DNA of 63,350 bases, filler included, from Sanchytrium tribonematis (GCA_018985235.1; 18 parts of 18 records of this genome joined end to end with filler, not necessarily neighbours in it); one strand, 5' to 3'. Positions 47,057 through 58,867 are shown, numbered from the whole stretch's first letter. Program-made: numbers and translations. Notes: generated by a model not told the origin, from the letters alone.

Positions 47057-47662
47057 ATGTCAAATTTCAAGAAATTAGCCAAAACCATTCAAAAATTACA
47101 ATCAGGGACATGGGAAGACCATTGGATACATAATAATCTAACATGGGATGCTGGTAAATCATCACCTGCACTATTAAATATTATAAATGAATTACCAAAA
47201 GGGAAATGGCTCGTACCTGGATGTGGCTATGGATATGATGTCTTGGAACTATACAAGCAAGGCAATAAAGTCATTGGATTAGATTATGCACCCACATGTA
47301 TTGAGAAATGTCTTGAAAAGTATAAAATGGAGATTAATGACAAAATGCAATTTATTTGTGAGGATTTCTTCAAACACAAGGGTATTTATGATGGTGTTTA
47401 TGATTATACATTCTTTGCTGCATTGGAATTGAATATGAGGAAAGATTGGGGGTTGAAAATGGGTGAAATAATCAAAAAGAATGGGATTTTGATAACTTTG
47501 ATGTTTCCTATTGATGACCATGCTGGTGGGCCACCATTTGCTGTACAGCCTGATCATTATCAAGATGTACTTGTAGATTTTAATTTAATATCATTGGAAA
47601 ATTGCGAAAGTTTTAAACCACGGCAAAATAGAGAGAAATTGGGAATATGGAGTAGAAAATGA
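47057..47662 (+). CDS. TPMT/HOL-family thiol/halide methyltransferase
   Basis: WDAGKSSPAL, LVPGCGYGYDV, GLDYAP, YDYTFFAAL..R..W..M, G.LITLMFP..GGPPF. Confidence 0.88.
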   Translation: MSNFKKLAKTIQKLQSGTWEDHWIHNNLTWDAGKSSPALLNIINELPKGKWLVPGCGYGYDVLELYKQGNKVIGLDYAPTCIEKCLEKYKMEINDKMQFICEDFFKHKGIYDGVYDYTFFAALELNMRKDWGLKMGEIIKKNGILITLMFPIDDHAGGPPFAVQPDHYQDVLVDFNLISLENCESFKPRQNREKLGIWSRK

Positions 47663-47941
47663 TGTTTTGGGTGATTTGATGAATCAATACATTTAATAAA
47701 TATGGCTTGCATCAACGGATTGGATATTGAGTACATTGAGAAGATCCAAACCTTGCCCTTTTTGGTAAATCGTGACCCCAAAGTGACTTTGTCAAACTGA
47801 GTCACCAATTTGTTAAACTGCAAGCACGACAAAGATTAGTCNNNNNNNNNNNNNNNNNNNNNNNNNNNNNNNNNNNNNNNNNNNNTTAATTAATTAANNN
47901 NNNNNNNNNNNNNNNNNNNNNNNNNNNNNNNNNNNNNNNNN

Positions 47942-48796
47942 AGATAGTATAACCTTACGTCGGTACGCAGTGGGTTCAGCTAGTTGCAAGGGGTTGCGTT
48001 CCAAGTAAATTGTTTTTAAATTTTGATTTTGCTTCAAAGAATCCAGATTTGAAAATTCAATTATCTGGTTATCATTAAGCCATAATTCCTCCAGAAAATT
48101 CAAATGATTTAAATTTTCGAGCTTAGTTATTCTGTTATTGCCCAAATCAAGTACTCGTAGCTTAATATTTAATTCAATTCCGCATATTTTGTCAATCCCA
48201 TTATGCGAGAGATACAATTCTTCTAAGTTTTCCAACGAGCTCAAATTGTCAATAAGTTTAATTCTGTTACTAGGCAGGGAAAGAATCCTTAGGTTTTTTA
48301 ACGCCGATATACCAGCTATTTCCCGGATACGATTTTTGCCTATCCACAATTCCGACAAATTTGTCAAGTGATTTAAATTGTCCATCTCTTTGATTCGATT
48401 CGCACCAAGTTCAAGATTTCTTAATTGCTTTGAAAACTTGATAAAGGGGATTTCTTTCAAGTCATTTGAAATGAGAAAAAGTTCTTCAAGTAAAATCAAT
48501 TTGTCAAAAACCTGGCCATCAATCTCTCTCAATAAGTTGTATGATAAATCACAATATTTCAAATTGATAAGATCCGATAAAATTCCAAGATTTTTAAGCT
48601 TGTTATCGTACACATCTAAATATTCTAAAGAAAGAGGCAAACTTTCAATCTTCTCAAATAAATTTTGTCTCAATCCCAAGCTTCTTAACTTAGAAAACCT
48701 CTCTAGTTGTAATTCTTTCATATTCTTAAGGCGGCTATGTGTTAAATCTAGTTCCGTTTCTTCTAGGTCAATATTCTCCAAGTAGTCATCCTCCAT
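47942..48796 (-). CDS. SDS22: PP1 regulatory subunit Sds22/PPP1R7 (3'-partial)
   Basis: SDS22-type LRRs, LELGANRI, LWIGKNRI, LEELYLSHNGI, TIYLE.NP..YRRKV. Confidence 0.9.
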
Positions 48797-49121
48797 TACA
48801 ATTTTTCAAGGAGAAACTAAAAAGTAGAAAGATTGAAATGTTATTTGTGTGAAGCATTTTCGACTAAAAAGTTAACAAAATAGTTTAAACCAATAAAATA
48901 TTATAGGGGACCAATATAAATATTAGTCTTTAAAAATTGCCTAAAACCGATTAGTAATAGGACACGTTGGATGTTTAAGTTTGCGGTCAGCAATAATCAC
49001 ATTCTCGGTTTAAACCTCATTGAAGTGATACTTCTCCAGCGTATGGATAAATTTTATCAAGGAGTTTGTATTTATAGCATTGTTCCACGTGGACGAAACC
49101 AATCAGTGTGCCAAAAATTAA

Positions 49122-49433
49122 ATGCTACATGAAAATTGCATCATTTGTGATAAGGCAAGCAAATACACTTGTCCTAAATGCAAGGCACGATATTGCTCCT
49201 TAGATTGCTTCAAAAAGCACAAATCGATTAGCCATCTCGAGAATGCCGAGTTAAAAAATGAAATTGATGACGAGTTGTTAAAACAATTAGCAAGCAGAGG
49301 GACACGCTTTCAGTCGATTTGTAAAAATATTATGGAATCAGAAGATCCTCTTATAGCTGTCTACAGAGAAGCGAAAAAGAATGAAGATTTTGCAAATTAT
49401 GTTAAAGAATTAACTACAGCATTTGAAAAATAA
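49122..49433 (+). CDS. zf-HIT protein (Hit1/ZNHIT3-like)
   Basis: CIIC..KYTCPKC..YCSLDCFKKH plus a short helical C-domain. Confidence 0.8.
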   Translation: MLHENCIICDKASKYTCPKCKARYCSLDCFKKHKSISHLENAELKNEIDDELLKQLASRGTRFQSICKNIMESEDPLIAVYREAKKNEDFANYVKELTTAFEK

Positions 49434-49459
49434 ATATAATTAATAAATTGGTGCTTCGG

Positions 49460-49591
49460 CTATAATTCAATAGCCCATATCTCTATATTAGTACAGATAA
49501 ATTCGGTATTATTCCCTTCTATTATGGATTTTTCACCATGACTTAGACTATGTAAATATAAAATACGGCATATTGTCAAAAGTTTCGCTCT
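49460..49591 (-). CDS. C-terminus of a TLDc (Oxr1-like) domain protein; join(49567..49591,49460..49547)
   Basis: Spliced peptide SETFDNMPLS..EFICTNIEIWAIEL* matches the TLDc end (TFxNxPLS..F....ExW). Confidence 0.75.
   Translation of the reverse strand, partial: RAKLLTICRILYLHSLSHGEKSIIEGNNTEFICTNIEIWAIEL
49548..49566 (-). other. 19-nt spliceosomal intron
   Basis: GTATTTTATATTTACATAG on the minus strand. Splits the Pro codon of the TLDc NxPLS motif. Confidence 0.85.
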
Positions 49592-49691
49592 NNNNNNNNN
49601 NNNNNNNNNNNNNNNNNNNNNNNNNNNNNNNNNNNTTAATTAATTAANNNNNNNNNNNNNNNNNNNNNNNNNNNNNNNNNNNNNNNNNNNN

Positions 49692-50573
49692 TTTAATGAT
49701 TTTGAGTTATTGGTGACACTTTTTAAGTATAGTCACTACATATCATCTCATCTCCCTCTGTTATGGACAAAATTATTAGAGTTGTTGAATTCTAATGTTC
49801 AAATTGAATTGAATCCACGACTTCATTTGCCTGCAATGCTCAAAGTTAAAGACCAATTTTTAATACACTCTGAAAAGATCCCATTCGTGCTACATTTGAT
49901 TAAACCAATGCTGTCCTCAATGGATAAGCAGCAGGTTGTCGTTTTGCATATGCAAGTTCAAGAATTTTTCGAAGCACTTATATTGAATTTAGAATCAGAT
50001 GATATCAAAAAGGTGTTTGTCCAATTTTGTCTGAAATTAAATGATGCTTTATTTAAGCCAATTTTCATGGCTTTTATTGATAAATTGCCGAATCGAGAAG
50101 TCATTTTGCTTCTTCAATTATTTTGTAGTCATATGAAGCAATTGTTTAGCCCGTATGCTCAAGTTGTAAAAGCATCTCTTTTAAGTGTCAAATCTAATGA
50201 TATGCTGAATTTATTTGGAATGATTGTACAGCACACTGACTCTGACTATTTTGACAAAGACGAATTGAAGCAAATCTGCGCAGATGGTTTTGAATTTCAA
50301 AGCTCTACATTATTCAGCTATCTGCTCATCAATTGCAAGAACTCTTGGACTTATATTCTTCCTCGTCTTAACGAATATATATTGACCCTTGAAGGACTCC
50401 AGATGCTGAAAGAAATGACTGTTGTTATGGGTGCCAATTTCAATGAGATTTTACAAGAAATTCTGCCAAGTGTAGCTGAAGCCCTGGATTACCATGAAGA
50501 TTATTGCAGAAATGAGTTGATTCCTTCTATTGAAGGAGCTACGCATGCAAATGTTATGGACATGTTGAATTAA
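49692..50573 (+). CDS. UTP10: UTP10/HEATR1 C-terminal region (5'-partial)
   Basis: FCLKLNDALFKPIF (BP28CT-like), LQEILP.VAEALD..IEG. Confidence 0.75.
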   Translation, partial: FNDFELLVTLFKYSHYISSHLPLLWTKLLELLNSNVQIELNPRLHLPAMLKVKDQFLIHSEKIPFVLHLIKPMLSSMDKQQVVVLHMQVQEFFEALILNLESDDIKKVFVQFCLKLNDALFKPIFMAFIDKLPNREVILLLQLFCSHMKQLFSPYAQVVKASLLSVKSNDMLNLFGMIVQHTDSDYFDKDELKQICADGFEFQSSTLFSYLLINCKNSWTYILPRLNEYILTLEGLQMLKEMTVVMGANFNEILQEILPSVAEALDYHEDYCRNELIPSIEGATHANVMDMLN

Positions 50574-50630
50574 AATAAATAATGATATTTTATTAGAGCA
50601 TTATTTTTTTGAAACCCTGGAATTCAGACA

Positions 50631-51323
50631 ATGAAACTGAGAAACAGAAATTCACTTCAAATTCGAAAAAGGCGTAAGCTTGACACTGGATTTGACAAGG
50701 AAAACACCTTGGAAATGATCGACGCTAGGGATTCAGCTGTAGAAAGTGAATCAATGAGCGATTCGGATTTTCATTCTTCTTCCTCTAGTGAAAGTGAAGC
50801 ACATGAGGAGAATACTTCTGTTGTAGAGGAAATTGATGAAGACAATATATCGGAATCTATATCTGTGATTGAAGATAGACCTATCTTGCCTCCAACAATA
50901 ACAACTTTAGAGGAAGCAATTGCACATCTTACAGAAGAGGCTGCAAATCCGAACGATGCTGAGCCGGATCTTGAACCTGCTCCAGTAGATCAGGCAAGAC
51001 AAGAAAGGCGGGAAGCTACTAAGAAAAAAGCTCAAGAAACTAGAAGGAAAAATACCAAAGCTCAACGTGAGCAGCAACACCCGGAACTTGTGGAAATTTG
51101 GAACAATCTCTCAAACCTCGAGACTGCTGAAATTCATAATCTCGGTGAACAACCACACGGTTTAACTATCAGTCTTTTAAAATTTCAGATGGAAGGTTTA
51201 AATTGGATGAGAAGACAAGAGCACTCTATTTTTTCAGGTGGTATTTTAGCTGATGAAATGGGTATGGGCAAAACCATCTCTATGCTGAGTCTAGTACTGA
51301 GTGATCCTGGAATGACTCTTGTA
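50631..51323 (+). CDS. RAD16: RAD16-like SNF2 helicase (3'-partial)
   Basis: HPEL.EIW..L, QP.GL.I.LL.FQ.EGLNWM..QE...GGILADEMGMGKTI. Confidence 0.8.
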
Positions 51324-51423
51324 NNNNNNNNNNNNNNNNNNNNNNNNNNNNNNNNNNNNNNNNNNNNTTAATTAATTAANNNNNNNNNNNNNNNNNNNNN
51401 NNNNNNNNNNNNNNNNNNNNNNN

Positions 51424-51639
51424 AGTAAAATATTTCGACATGGTATATCGTAAGCTGGGAACCTGCCAAGCAGCAAACACTGCCAAATTTATACCAGTCA
51501 ATGTGATTAAGGTAGGATGAAGCCTAAATGTTTTTTGGATAGAGCGAAACCATTGGTAATGATATAAACTCCAGTTTGTACTTTTTGAGGCCTCAGCTAT
51601 ACCCATGGCGCCCGCAAATCCGATTACTATTCTATTCAT
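51424..51639 (-). CDS. Rhomboid protease PARL/Pcp1-like N-terminal part (3'-partial)
   Basis: I.INLAVFAAWQVP.L...M.KYF. Start codon uncertain. Confidence 0.55.
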
Positions 51640-51736
51640 AGTCCACAATGTTTCCTCCGTTTTGAGCTCACAAAGCCTAATTTGAGGCACAATTTTCCAA
51701 AGTCTTCGATTCAATTTTGGAATTCATATTTAATAA

Positions 51737-53053
51737 ATGCCACGCGTTGTAAAATATTCTCACCAATTTTTTTCAATTTACTCCTTTATGACAAAGTCCA
51801 TCCAGCAAAGACTCAATGAAATTTACAAATATTTACATTATCAATGTGGAGACATCAGTCTGGCTGATCTGTACACTCAATTTAAAGTACCAATTGCTTG
51901 TCAAAAATATGTAGAGAACACTCTTTCAAACCTCTCTTACTGCGATATATCTGATGGGATTCTTCGACTAGATGTTAATTGCCTAACTGAAAATCTTTCC
52001 AAAACAACCAAATCATTTGAGATAAGTCAACAAAAGCTTGAAGTTCTTAAGCAAATAGTGGCCTCAAAATGCGTGGGAATTTTTCAACATGAAATTGCGA
52101 ACAATATCAATGTCAATAACAAAACAATATTTTTTCAGGTGAAATCTTTACTAAGTGAGGGTCTCATTCACAAAGAACAACGAGCCGTTAACCGTAAGCC
52201 CGCAATGTGGCTAGTTCACAAAGATTTTTATGAGGAGAAAGAAGAAATAGTGGTATGGAATGGTGACACAGCGAAAGAGACTCTTATTGAAATGAGAAAG
52301 AAATACAGCCCTTTGTTCAGGAGTCAAACTCTTGGACACGCGGAATCGAAGTCAATTATTTGTGGGATTTTGTCTGTCACGGAAAACAAGATTCTCACCG
52401 TTGATGATTTGCTATATGTCTTGTACGGAGAAAGGTTTGATAAAGGCTTGAACGAAAAAGATAGGCGATATTGCAACCGGATATTATTAAGCTTGGTTGA
52501 CGACAAATATTGTAAAACTTTTATTGATTCAAAAAAAGTCAGATGTGTTAAGTTACTCAAAGAATTTGTTACGACGGTGGGAAATAATGCAAAATTTATA
52601 CCTAGTAATCTTCAAAACAGTGATCAATTTATTGTACATTACTCCGATCTTTTAAACACATCATTGGAAGATTTAATTATATTGAAGTGCTTACATGCTG
52701 GACTTTCTGGCATTAATTCCACTGAAATAGGAAGTTACTTGAAAGTGAGCCCTAAGTCACTGGATAGATATCTTGTTAAATTGACAGGTGCCAAGTCAAC
52801 TTATCCGAATACAACGCAATTACTAAAAACCATTGTTAATCAAGGAAAATTAAGACTGTCCACTTATTTTCATCCTAGTCTAATTCCAAAATTGAGTCAA
52901 GAATATGTTGCGAGTAGATCTTTTGCAAGAGCAACAGTTAAACCTGTTTTTGCAAGTTGGACATCAGGTAAAAAATTTTCTGGTTTAATGAAAGTCAGAA
53001 AGCCTAAACAATTAGTCGCAGCCAAGTATTTAAAATCTAATATTTTGGAGATT
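51737..53053 (+). CDS. TFIIIC B-block binding subunit (Tfc3/GTF3C1-like), 3'-partial
   Basis: L..I..S...GIFQHEIA......KTIF..VK.L...GLI.K winged helix, plus further wHTH-like repeats. Confidence 0.5.
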
Positions 53054-53153
53054 NNNNNNNNNNNNNNNNNNNNNNNNNNNNNNNNNNNNNNNNNNNNTTA
53101 ATTAATTAANNNNNNNNNNNNNNNNNNNNNNNNNNNNNNNNNNNNNNNNNNNN

Positions 53154-53578
53154 ATGGTGCATCTACGTCCACCAATAGTTGTGGAGCGAATTACGAAGAA
53201 TGTAATTGCGCATGTTTGATGGATATGGCCGTGTCAGGGCCACTTTAGATGAGCTTCTGAATACTGGGTCTCAGTATTTTCTAAATAATCAAAGTTGGCC
53301 ACTTCTAAATCCAAGATTGGATTATCAATCGGTTTCGAAAATGATGGGAAAAATCTTCTAATTGAATGTTCCCTATTCAATATTCCTTTAACAAATTCTA
53401 CTCCATTCTCTTCAAGGGTGAGATCGTTTGATTCAACTGCAGGACATTTATATAGTGTATCAACTTTATCAATTTGAATGTTTTTCACGCTAATATTTTC
53501 AGGCATCACGTAAAGTTTGTTTGCATCAAAATCATTACTTGGTTCACATTCTGCAAAAACCATTGAAATCCAATACAT
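53154..53578 (-). pseudogene. Secreted AsaB/CmcJ-like oxidoreductase paralog with in-frame TGA at 53234-53236
   Basis: Starts MYWISMVFA. LYKC...DLTLEENGVEFVKG is shared with the neighbouring gene. The frame continues open past the TGA to the contig edge. Confidence 0.45.
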
Positions 53579-53796
53579 GTTAAATTAGACGTGATCTGTT
53601 CAAATACATTTCCGTGTTGTACAATTTGTACAAAATTCTTTTGTGCCTTTTGTGTACTACAACATGTTACAGTTGCAAGTACAGAAATCAATTGCATCTA
53701 ATTGAAATTCAATGTCTTTGTCATTTCCGTGTGATTTACATTACGCCTTGTGTATAGTATTTGAAATAAAATCAATTACAACTCATTTATTCAATA

Positions 53797-54553
53797 CTAT
53801 TGCGCAAGTTGTTCAAAAGACTTTACGATATTTAAAAGATCTGATGGCAATTTAATGCAAGAAAACACAATTGATTTTCTTTCTACTTCTCTTTCAGGAT
53901 CAACTTTATCTAATTGTAAATGAGTACCTAATGACCCATGTAAATTAGTAGCATCAAAAAAGATAGCATCACCATATTCCATATTTTCATAATAATAAAG
54001 TGTATTTTTGGGTTTGTTATTTGGTGCAATGACTAATGGGAAATCTTTGATGGTAGACCCCACATTAATCCATAAATTGAACATGTCAAATAATGCATCG
54101 TTTTCATAGTATTTTTAAAATGTGGCATTTTGTTCTGCTGTCAACTGTAAATGGAATTTTGACACTAAAATATCAAAACGGGCTTTTAAATGTTGTCATG
54201 CGATCTTCATGCAAGGGATTAGGAAATATACTTCTTTGTACATGGTGAATCGGGATCAAATCATGACAAAATAAATCATTTATCGCCCATTTCTTCCAAA
54301 TAAATTGGTACAATTGTTTTCTATATTTTTGCAATTTATCTAATTGACTCAATGCATCAAATTCCTGTGAATTGAATTCTATGTTTAGAGTCATGAACAA
54401 TCCCTTTACAAATCCGATTCCATTTTTCTTCAATTTCAAATCTTTAGATTTAATTGGATCGCAACTATAAAGTATTTTACCTTGAAGATGTTCAATGTCG
54501 TATTCTCCTTGACTCACTCGACATGCTGCATAAATTATTACAATCCAAATCAT
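53797..54553 (-). pseudogene. Secreted AsaB/CmcJ-like (Fe/2OG-type) oxidoreductase, frameshifted near 54190 with in-frame TAA near 54116
   Basis: L.KNGIGFVK, PLHED (HxD), FNLWI..IKDFPLV, YYY.NM..GDAIFFD...HGS, RKSI. Confidence 0.55.
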
Positions 54554-54880
54554 GTAATTTTTTAATCCCGTTCCATTCAAATACATTTTAAAGTAACACG
54601 AAAGAATACAAAGAGTGCAATACTCTGTGATCAATTACACAAAATACGCAAAGGTGTACATGTGAAACTGTAAAGTGTATTCACTTAATAACATTGTATT
54701 TTATTTTATGGCGTCTGATTTGGCTTCCAAAATTCTTTCAAATGATTCAAAACTCCCATGTAGTCTTCTGGAAATGTAGCNNNNNNNNNNNNNNNNNNNN
54801 NNNNNNNNNNNNNNNNNNNNNNNNTTAATTAATTAANNNNNNNNNNNNNNNNNNNNNNNNNNNNNNNNNNNNNNNNNNNN

Positions 54881-56507
54881 GCATGGCAATCAATTTTCCG
54901 AACAAATGTTGCAGCATTTTAAAAAAATTGCACCTTTGAAGGGACTGACCAAGTATCCAACTTTGAAATCACAGGTCGAGCGATATTCAAGATATTTTGA
55001 ATATGTTCGAGCATATAATTTGTTAAATTGGTGCGATGCATTCGATTTTGATTTTGAAAAACTTCAAGATATTCAGCTGTGCGAAGAATTTGAAGAATTG
55101 GTTGACTTTCTGAAACACTATGCCATAACACATTGTTCTACGAATGAAGAATTCAGTGCTAATTGCTTTTCTAAGTTGCAATATTTAGATACGTCTTGCG
55201 CTAAAGAATGCTCTCTTAAACTAGTCAAATCTATAGGATCGACACAAAATAAGGCTGAGTATGGGTTTATTTACAAACAAGAATATTTCAAAATATCATC
55301 AATCAATAATATATTGGAAATTTTCCATACAGACACGAATGACAGAATCTCTTATGGAGGACCACCCGCAAGATCCTTTTTTTCGGTGCTACTACTAGAT
55401 GATAACCTCTACATATATGGCGGAAGAACTGGAAAGGTATTTTCGGACTTTCACAAATTTAATTTCAAATTAGAATCATGGTGCTCATTGCCATCTTTCA
55501 AACCAATTTACAGGCATCACATGTACCACTTTGAAAGCCAATTTTTAGTAGTCGGAAATGAATTTTACAAATTTGACATAATCAATAGCTCTTGGACAAG
55601 TTTGAATATCATTTTTCCATATATGAATTTTGCCTCAACACAAAGTGGCGCTAAAATTCTTATACATGGTGGTATAAGCAAAAGTTTAATGATCAGCGAT
55701 AATTTGTACGAATATTCTATAGGAGAAAACTGCCTTAAAATAGTTGGTAAATTGCAGCCTCGATTTGGCCACCATATTTTTGATCAGGGCCCATACAAAA
55801 TTTTGATCGGCGGCAGCAGTAATCAGGAAGTTGCAGATGTAACAATTATTGCAAAGCACCTAATAAGAAATTGTAGTATTCCCAACATTTACCCAATCAA
55901 CTGTAATATATATTTTGAGGATGGAGACTTGGTGGTTATGGGGGGTCTTGCGACCTGCTTTAGTTTTGGAAGTCATCGCAATGCAGCTTGTTCTATTTTT
56001 GAATCATTTTTTAAATTATTAAGGATACCAGGTTATATGTTTGGTCGAGTTAAATCTGATATCTCACTCTCAAATTTAAAGGACATAGGTAAAGTTAGTA
56101 TTCATCAAAGTGAATCAGCTAACTTTAATTTTGTGGAAAAAAATTTTGAATACAAAACAATGGATTTCGAAGAGTTCCGGACATTACTAAGTAATAAGAA
56201 AAATGTTTATTTGAGGTCGCTAAATCCAAAACAACCACTTAAGAAACCCTCGGATATTCGGCAGCTTATAAATTATGAAATTCCTGATTATGTAGACGAA
56301 GATGCAATTTATTCGGTGGTTCTTCGAATAAGTTCTGAAGGAATTCATTTATGGGGTCACTACGATTTGATGGACAATATTTTGATTCAATACGAGGGAT
56401 CGAAGACCATATTTCTTTTCCCACCTTATGAATATGCAAATTTAAAGATGGTCAGGTCTTGCTCTTCTATTGTTCCTTGGAATGAATCCACCTTTAAAGG
56501 TCTTGAG
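54881..56507 (+). CDS. PPM2: tRNA wybutosine synthesis protein 4 (LCMT C-terminus + Kelch + JmjC), partial at both ends
   Basis: YPTL.SQ..R..E.FEE...F..HY, Kelch IYGGR/IHGG/GG..CFSFG, YLRS, LRISS..LWGHYD.MDN.L.Q..G.K. Confidence 0.8.
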
Positions 56508-56607
56508 NNNNNNNNNNNNNNNNNNNNNNNNNNNNNNNNNNNNNNNNNNNNTTAATTAATTAANNNNNNNNNNNNNNNNNNNNNNNNNNNNNNNNNNNNN
56601 NNNNNNN

Positions 56608-57105
56608 TTTCCATTCCAGGAGTAAGGCTTCTCTAAGACTAAAATAATCTCGATCAATAGATCGGATTTCTGAGTAAATCTTAGGAGGAAGTCGTAACTT
56701 TGTTTGACGATACAACTTTTCCTCGTCCCATTCATAATCCAATGCAATGTCTTCCATCATTTCCAACCAATCTTCAATCTTATGCTGTTTAGGATCAAAT
56801 GATGTCAAGTCAATTTTAGGACTTTTCACTTTAGGTAAAGCTACTAAGGGTGCCTCTGAGGTTACTTCCTTCTGTGGAGTTTGTCGTAACCCAATCATTT
56901 GTTTTTCCATTTCAGCCATACGTTTTCTCATTTTAAATAAGTCCTCTTGGCAATCTTGGATAGAAATTGGTTCACTTGTAACGATTTTCCAAGGCTTAGA
57001 CTCATCACTTGATTTTTTTGTTTCTTTTTCAATTTTCTCATTTTTTCTTTCTTTTTGATTTTCGTTTGTTTCTTCAACTGTCTGTTGTTCATCAACCTTT
57101 TGCAT
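56608..57105 (-). mobile_element. LTR-retrotransposon gag-like fragment
   Basis: Coiled coil, then L..FDP....IEDWL..ME..A....W.EE..L.L (capsid-like). Confidence 0.6.
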
Positions 57106-57887
57106 TCCGATATTTTGCAATATATGAATAACGGAATAGAAATACATGTGAAATTTTCATATAGCGATATCAACTATCTACATAATTTGTTTTCACCATA
57201 TATCATTTTTATTAAACCCGTTGGGGCTAAGTTTGCTTTGAGTTGTAATAAATAATTCAAAATACTCCTATAGCATCCGCGAGATCAGATCTGAGGTCGT
57301 CTTTAGAAAATATTTTGCCAAATTTTTTGATCATAATCGTAAAACCCATTTTTTGGTACTTTTCAATCAAATCTCGTGTACTTTTGCACTTAAAAGGTTG
57401 ACAGAACAAAGTTCTTTCTAATCCAGGCTTTTGGATTTTTGTTGCAATTATAAATATGAATTTGTTTCTTTAATTTTCCTGTACATACTAATTTAATTGT
57501 TTAAGTCTTTGTTATCTTCAGTGCCTCTTTTTTCAGCATATTTATGTTGAGCCGTAAAAAAATCTTTCAAAATTTCAAAACCCAGTGTATTATCAGGAAA
57601 ACATTCTAAAGATAACAATCTCTGGCAAATTAATCAGTATCATTAAAGACTCCCTAGTTTTGGACCGCCGTGGCTTTTAATGAAAATGAGCCAATAAATT
57701 GTTAAAGGAGCAAAAAGTATGTAACATCTTTATGACTGAGTTTACTAAAATACAGTTGCTTGATTGACTTAAACATTCTTTAATAGTAACTGTTTTGGGT
57801 GTTTACGACATCTAAATCGATCAGATGATTGGTCAAAAATTGACACAAACTTAAGTAATGGTTTTTTAAAGGAGACTTGAGTAAGCA

Positions 57888-58233
57888 ATGAAACGGAATT
57901 TTATTACACGTGAGAATGGTTAAGCGGAACCGACTTTAGCTGAACCAGAAACCTTGAATAGATAAATTTTTAAAACATTAGTAGAAATATGTATTGCAGC
58001 TGGCTTATTGGCTCAGTCAATGTCGTGTACAGTATGTAATAGGGATTGTAAGTTAGCTAGAAGAAAGAACGCCAATGGTTACCATTGGACCTGCAATAAG
58101 AATGGTCATAATAAAATCTCCATTTCTGTTCGCAATAACTCAATATTAAGTGACTACAAAGTACCACTAGTAGAATGTTTACTAACATTAAGATACTTTC
58201 TCAATGGTAAACCTGTTAAAGATATTATTTCCA
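57888..58233 (+). mobile_element. Decayed Merlin/ISXO2-like transposase N-terminus (different family)
   Basis: GLL...M.C..C...L......GY.W.C....SVRNNSIL. Upstream in-frame stops. Confidence 0.65.
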
Positions 58234-58867
58234 NNNNNNNNNNNNNNNNNNNNNNNNNNNNNNNNNNNNNNNNNNNNTTAATTAATTAANNNNNNNNNNN
58301 NNNNNNNNNNNNNNNNNNNNNNNNNNNNNNNNNATAATAAAGATAATAATTCATAATCTTTATTTTTAGTCAATTGAAAACAAGACCTTTCATTTGATAC
58401 TAGTCACGTTTTTCTGAGATGAGTGGATCCAAAGATAGAATTTGAATGTGGAAGTGATTTTGCAATTAAAATAAAAAAAGGATTTACCTTATTGTACATT
58501 TCATAATAAACTTATTGTCTTTTTTTTGAGCATTTTTATGTAGCATTTTACGTTGGCTAACACATACAAATACTGTTTAAATTCCATATCTTAAAATAAA
58601 AGCACAATACCGTTTTGTTTCAAAAATAAGGATTTCCCCAAATCCTTATCTCATTTCAACATATTAAACTTTTATAATAAATATATATTAGTTTTGGCTT
58701 AAGCAGCTACTCAAAATTAGCAATAATTTTTATCTAGCATTCATATTGATTGAGTAATAGAGGGTAGAATATTTGAATTTTTTGGAATCATTAAAGTTGC
58801 TAAATTTTAGTCAAAATATCATTTATTATATTTATTTATACTTGCTGATCACTGTTTGAGGGCTCAT

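Noticed and set aside
49451..49506. U6 snRNA-like words (GTGCTTCGGC...TACAGATAA)
   Set aside because: No ACAGAGA box or AGC/ISL region. The opposite strand encodes the TLDc C-terminus.
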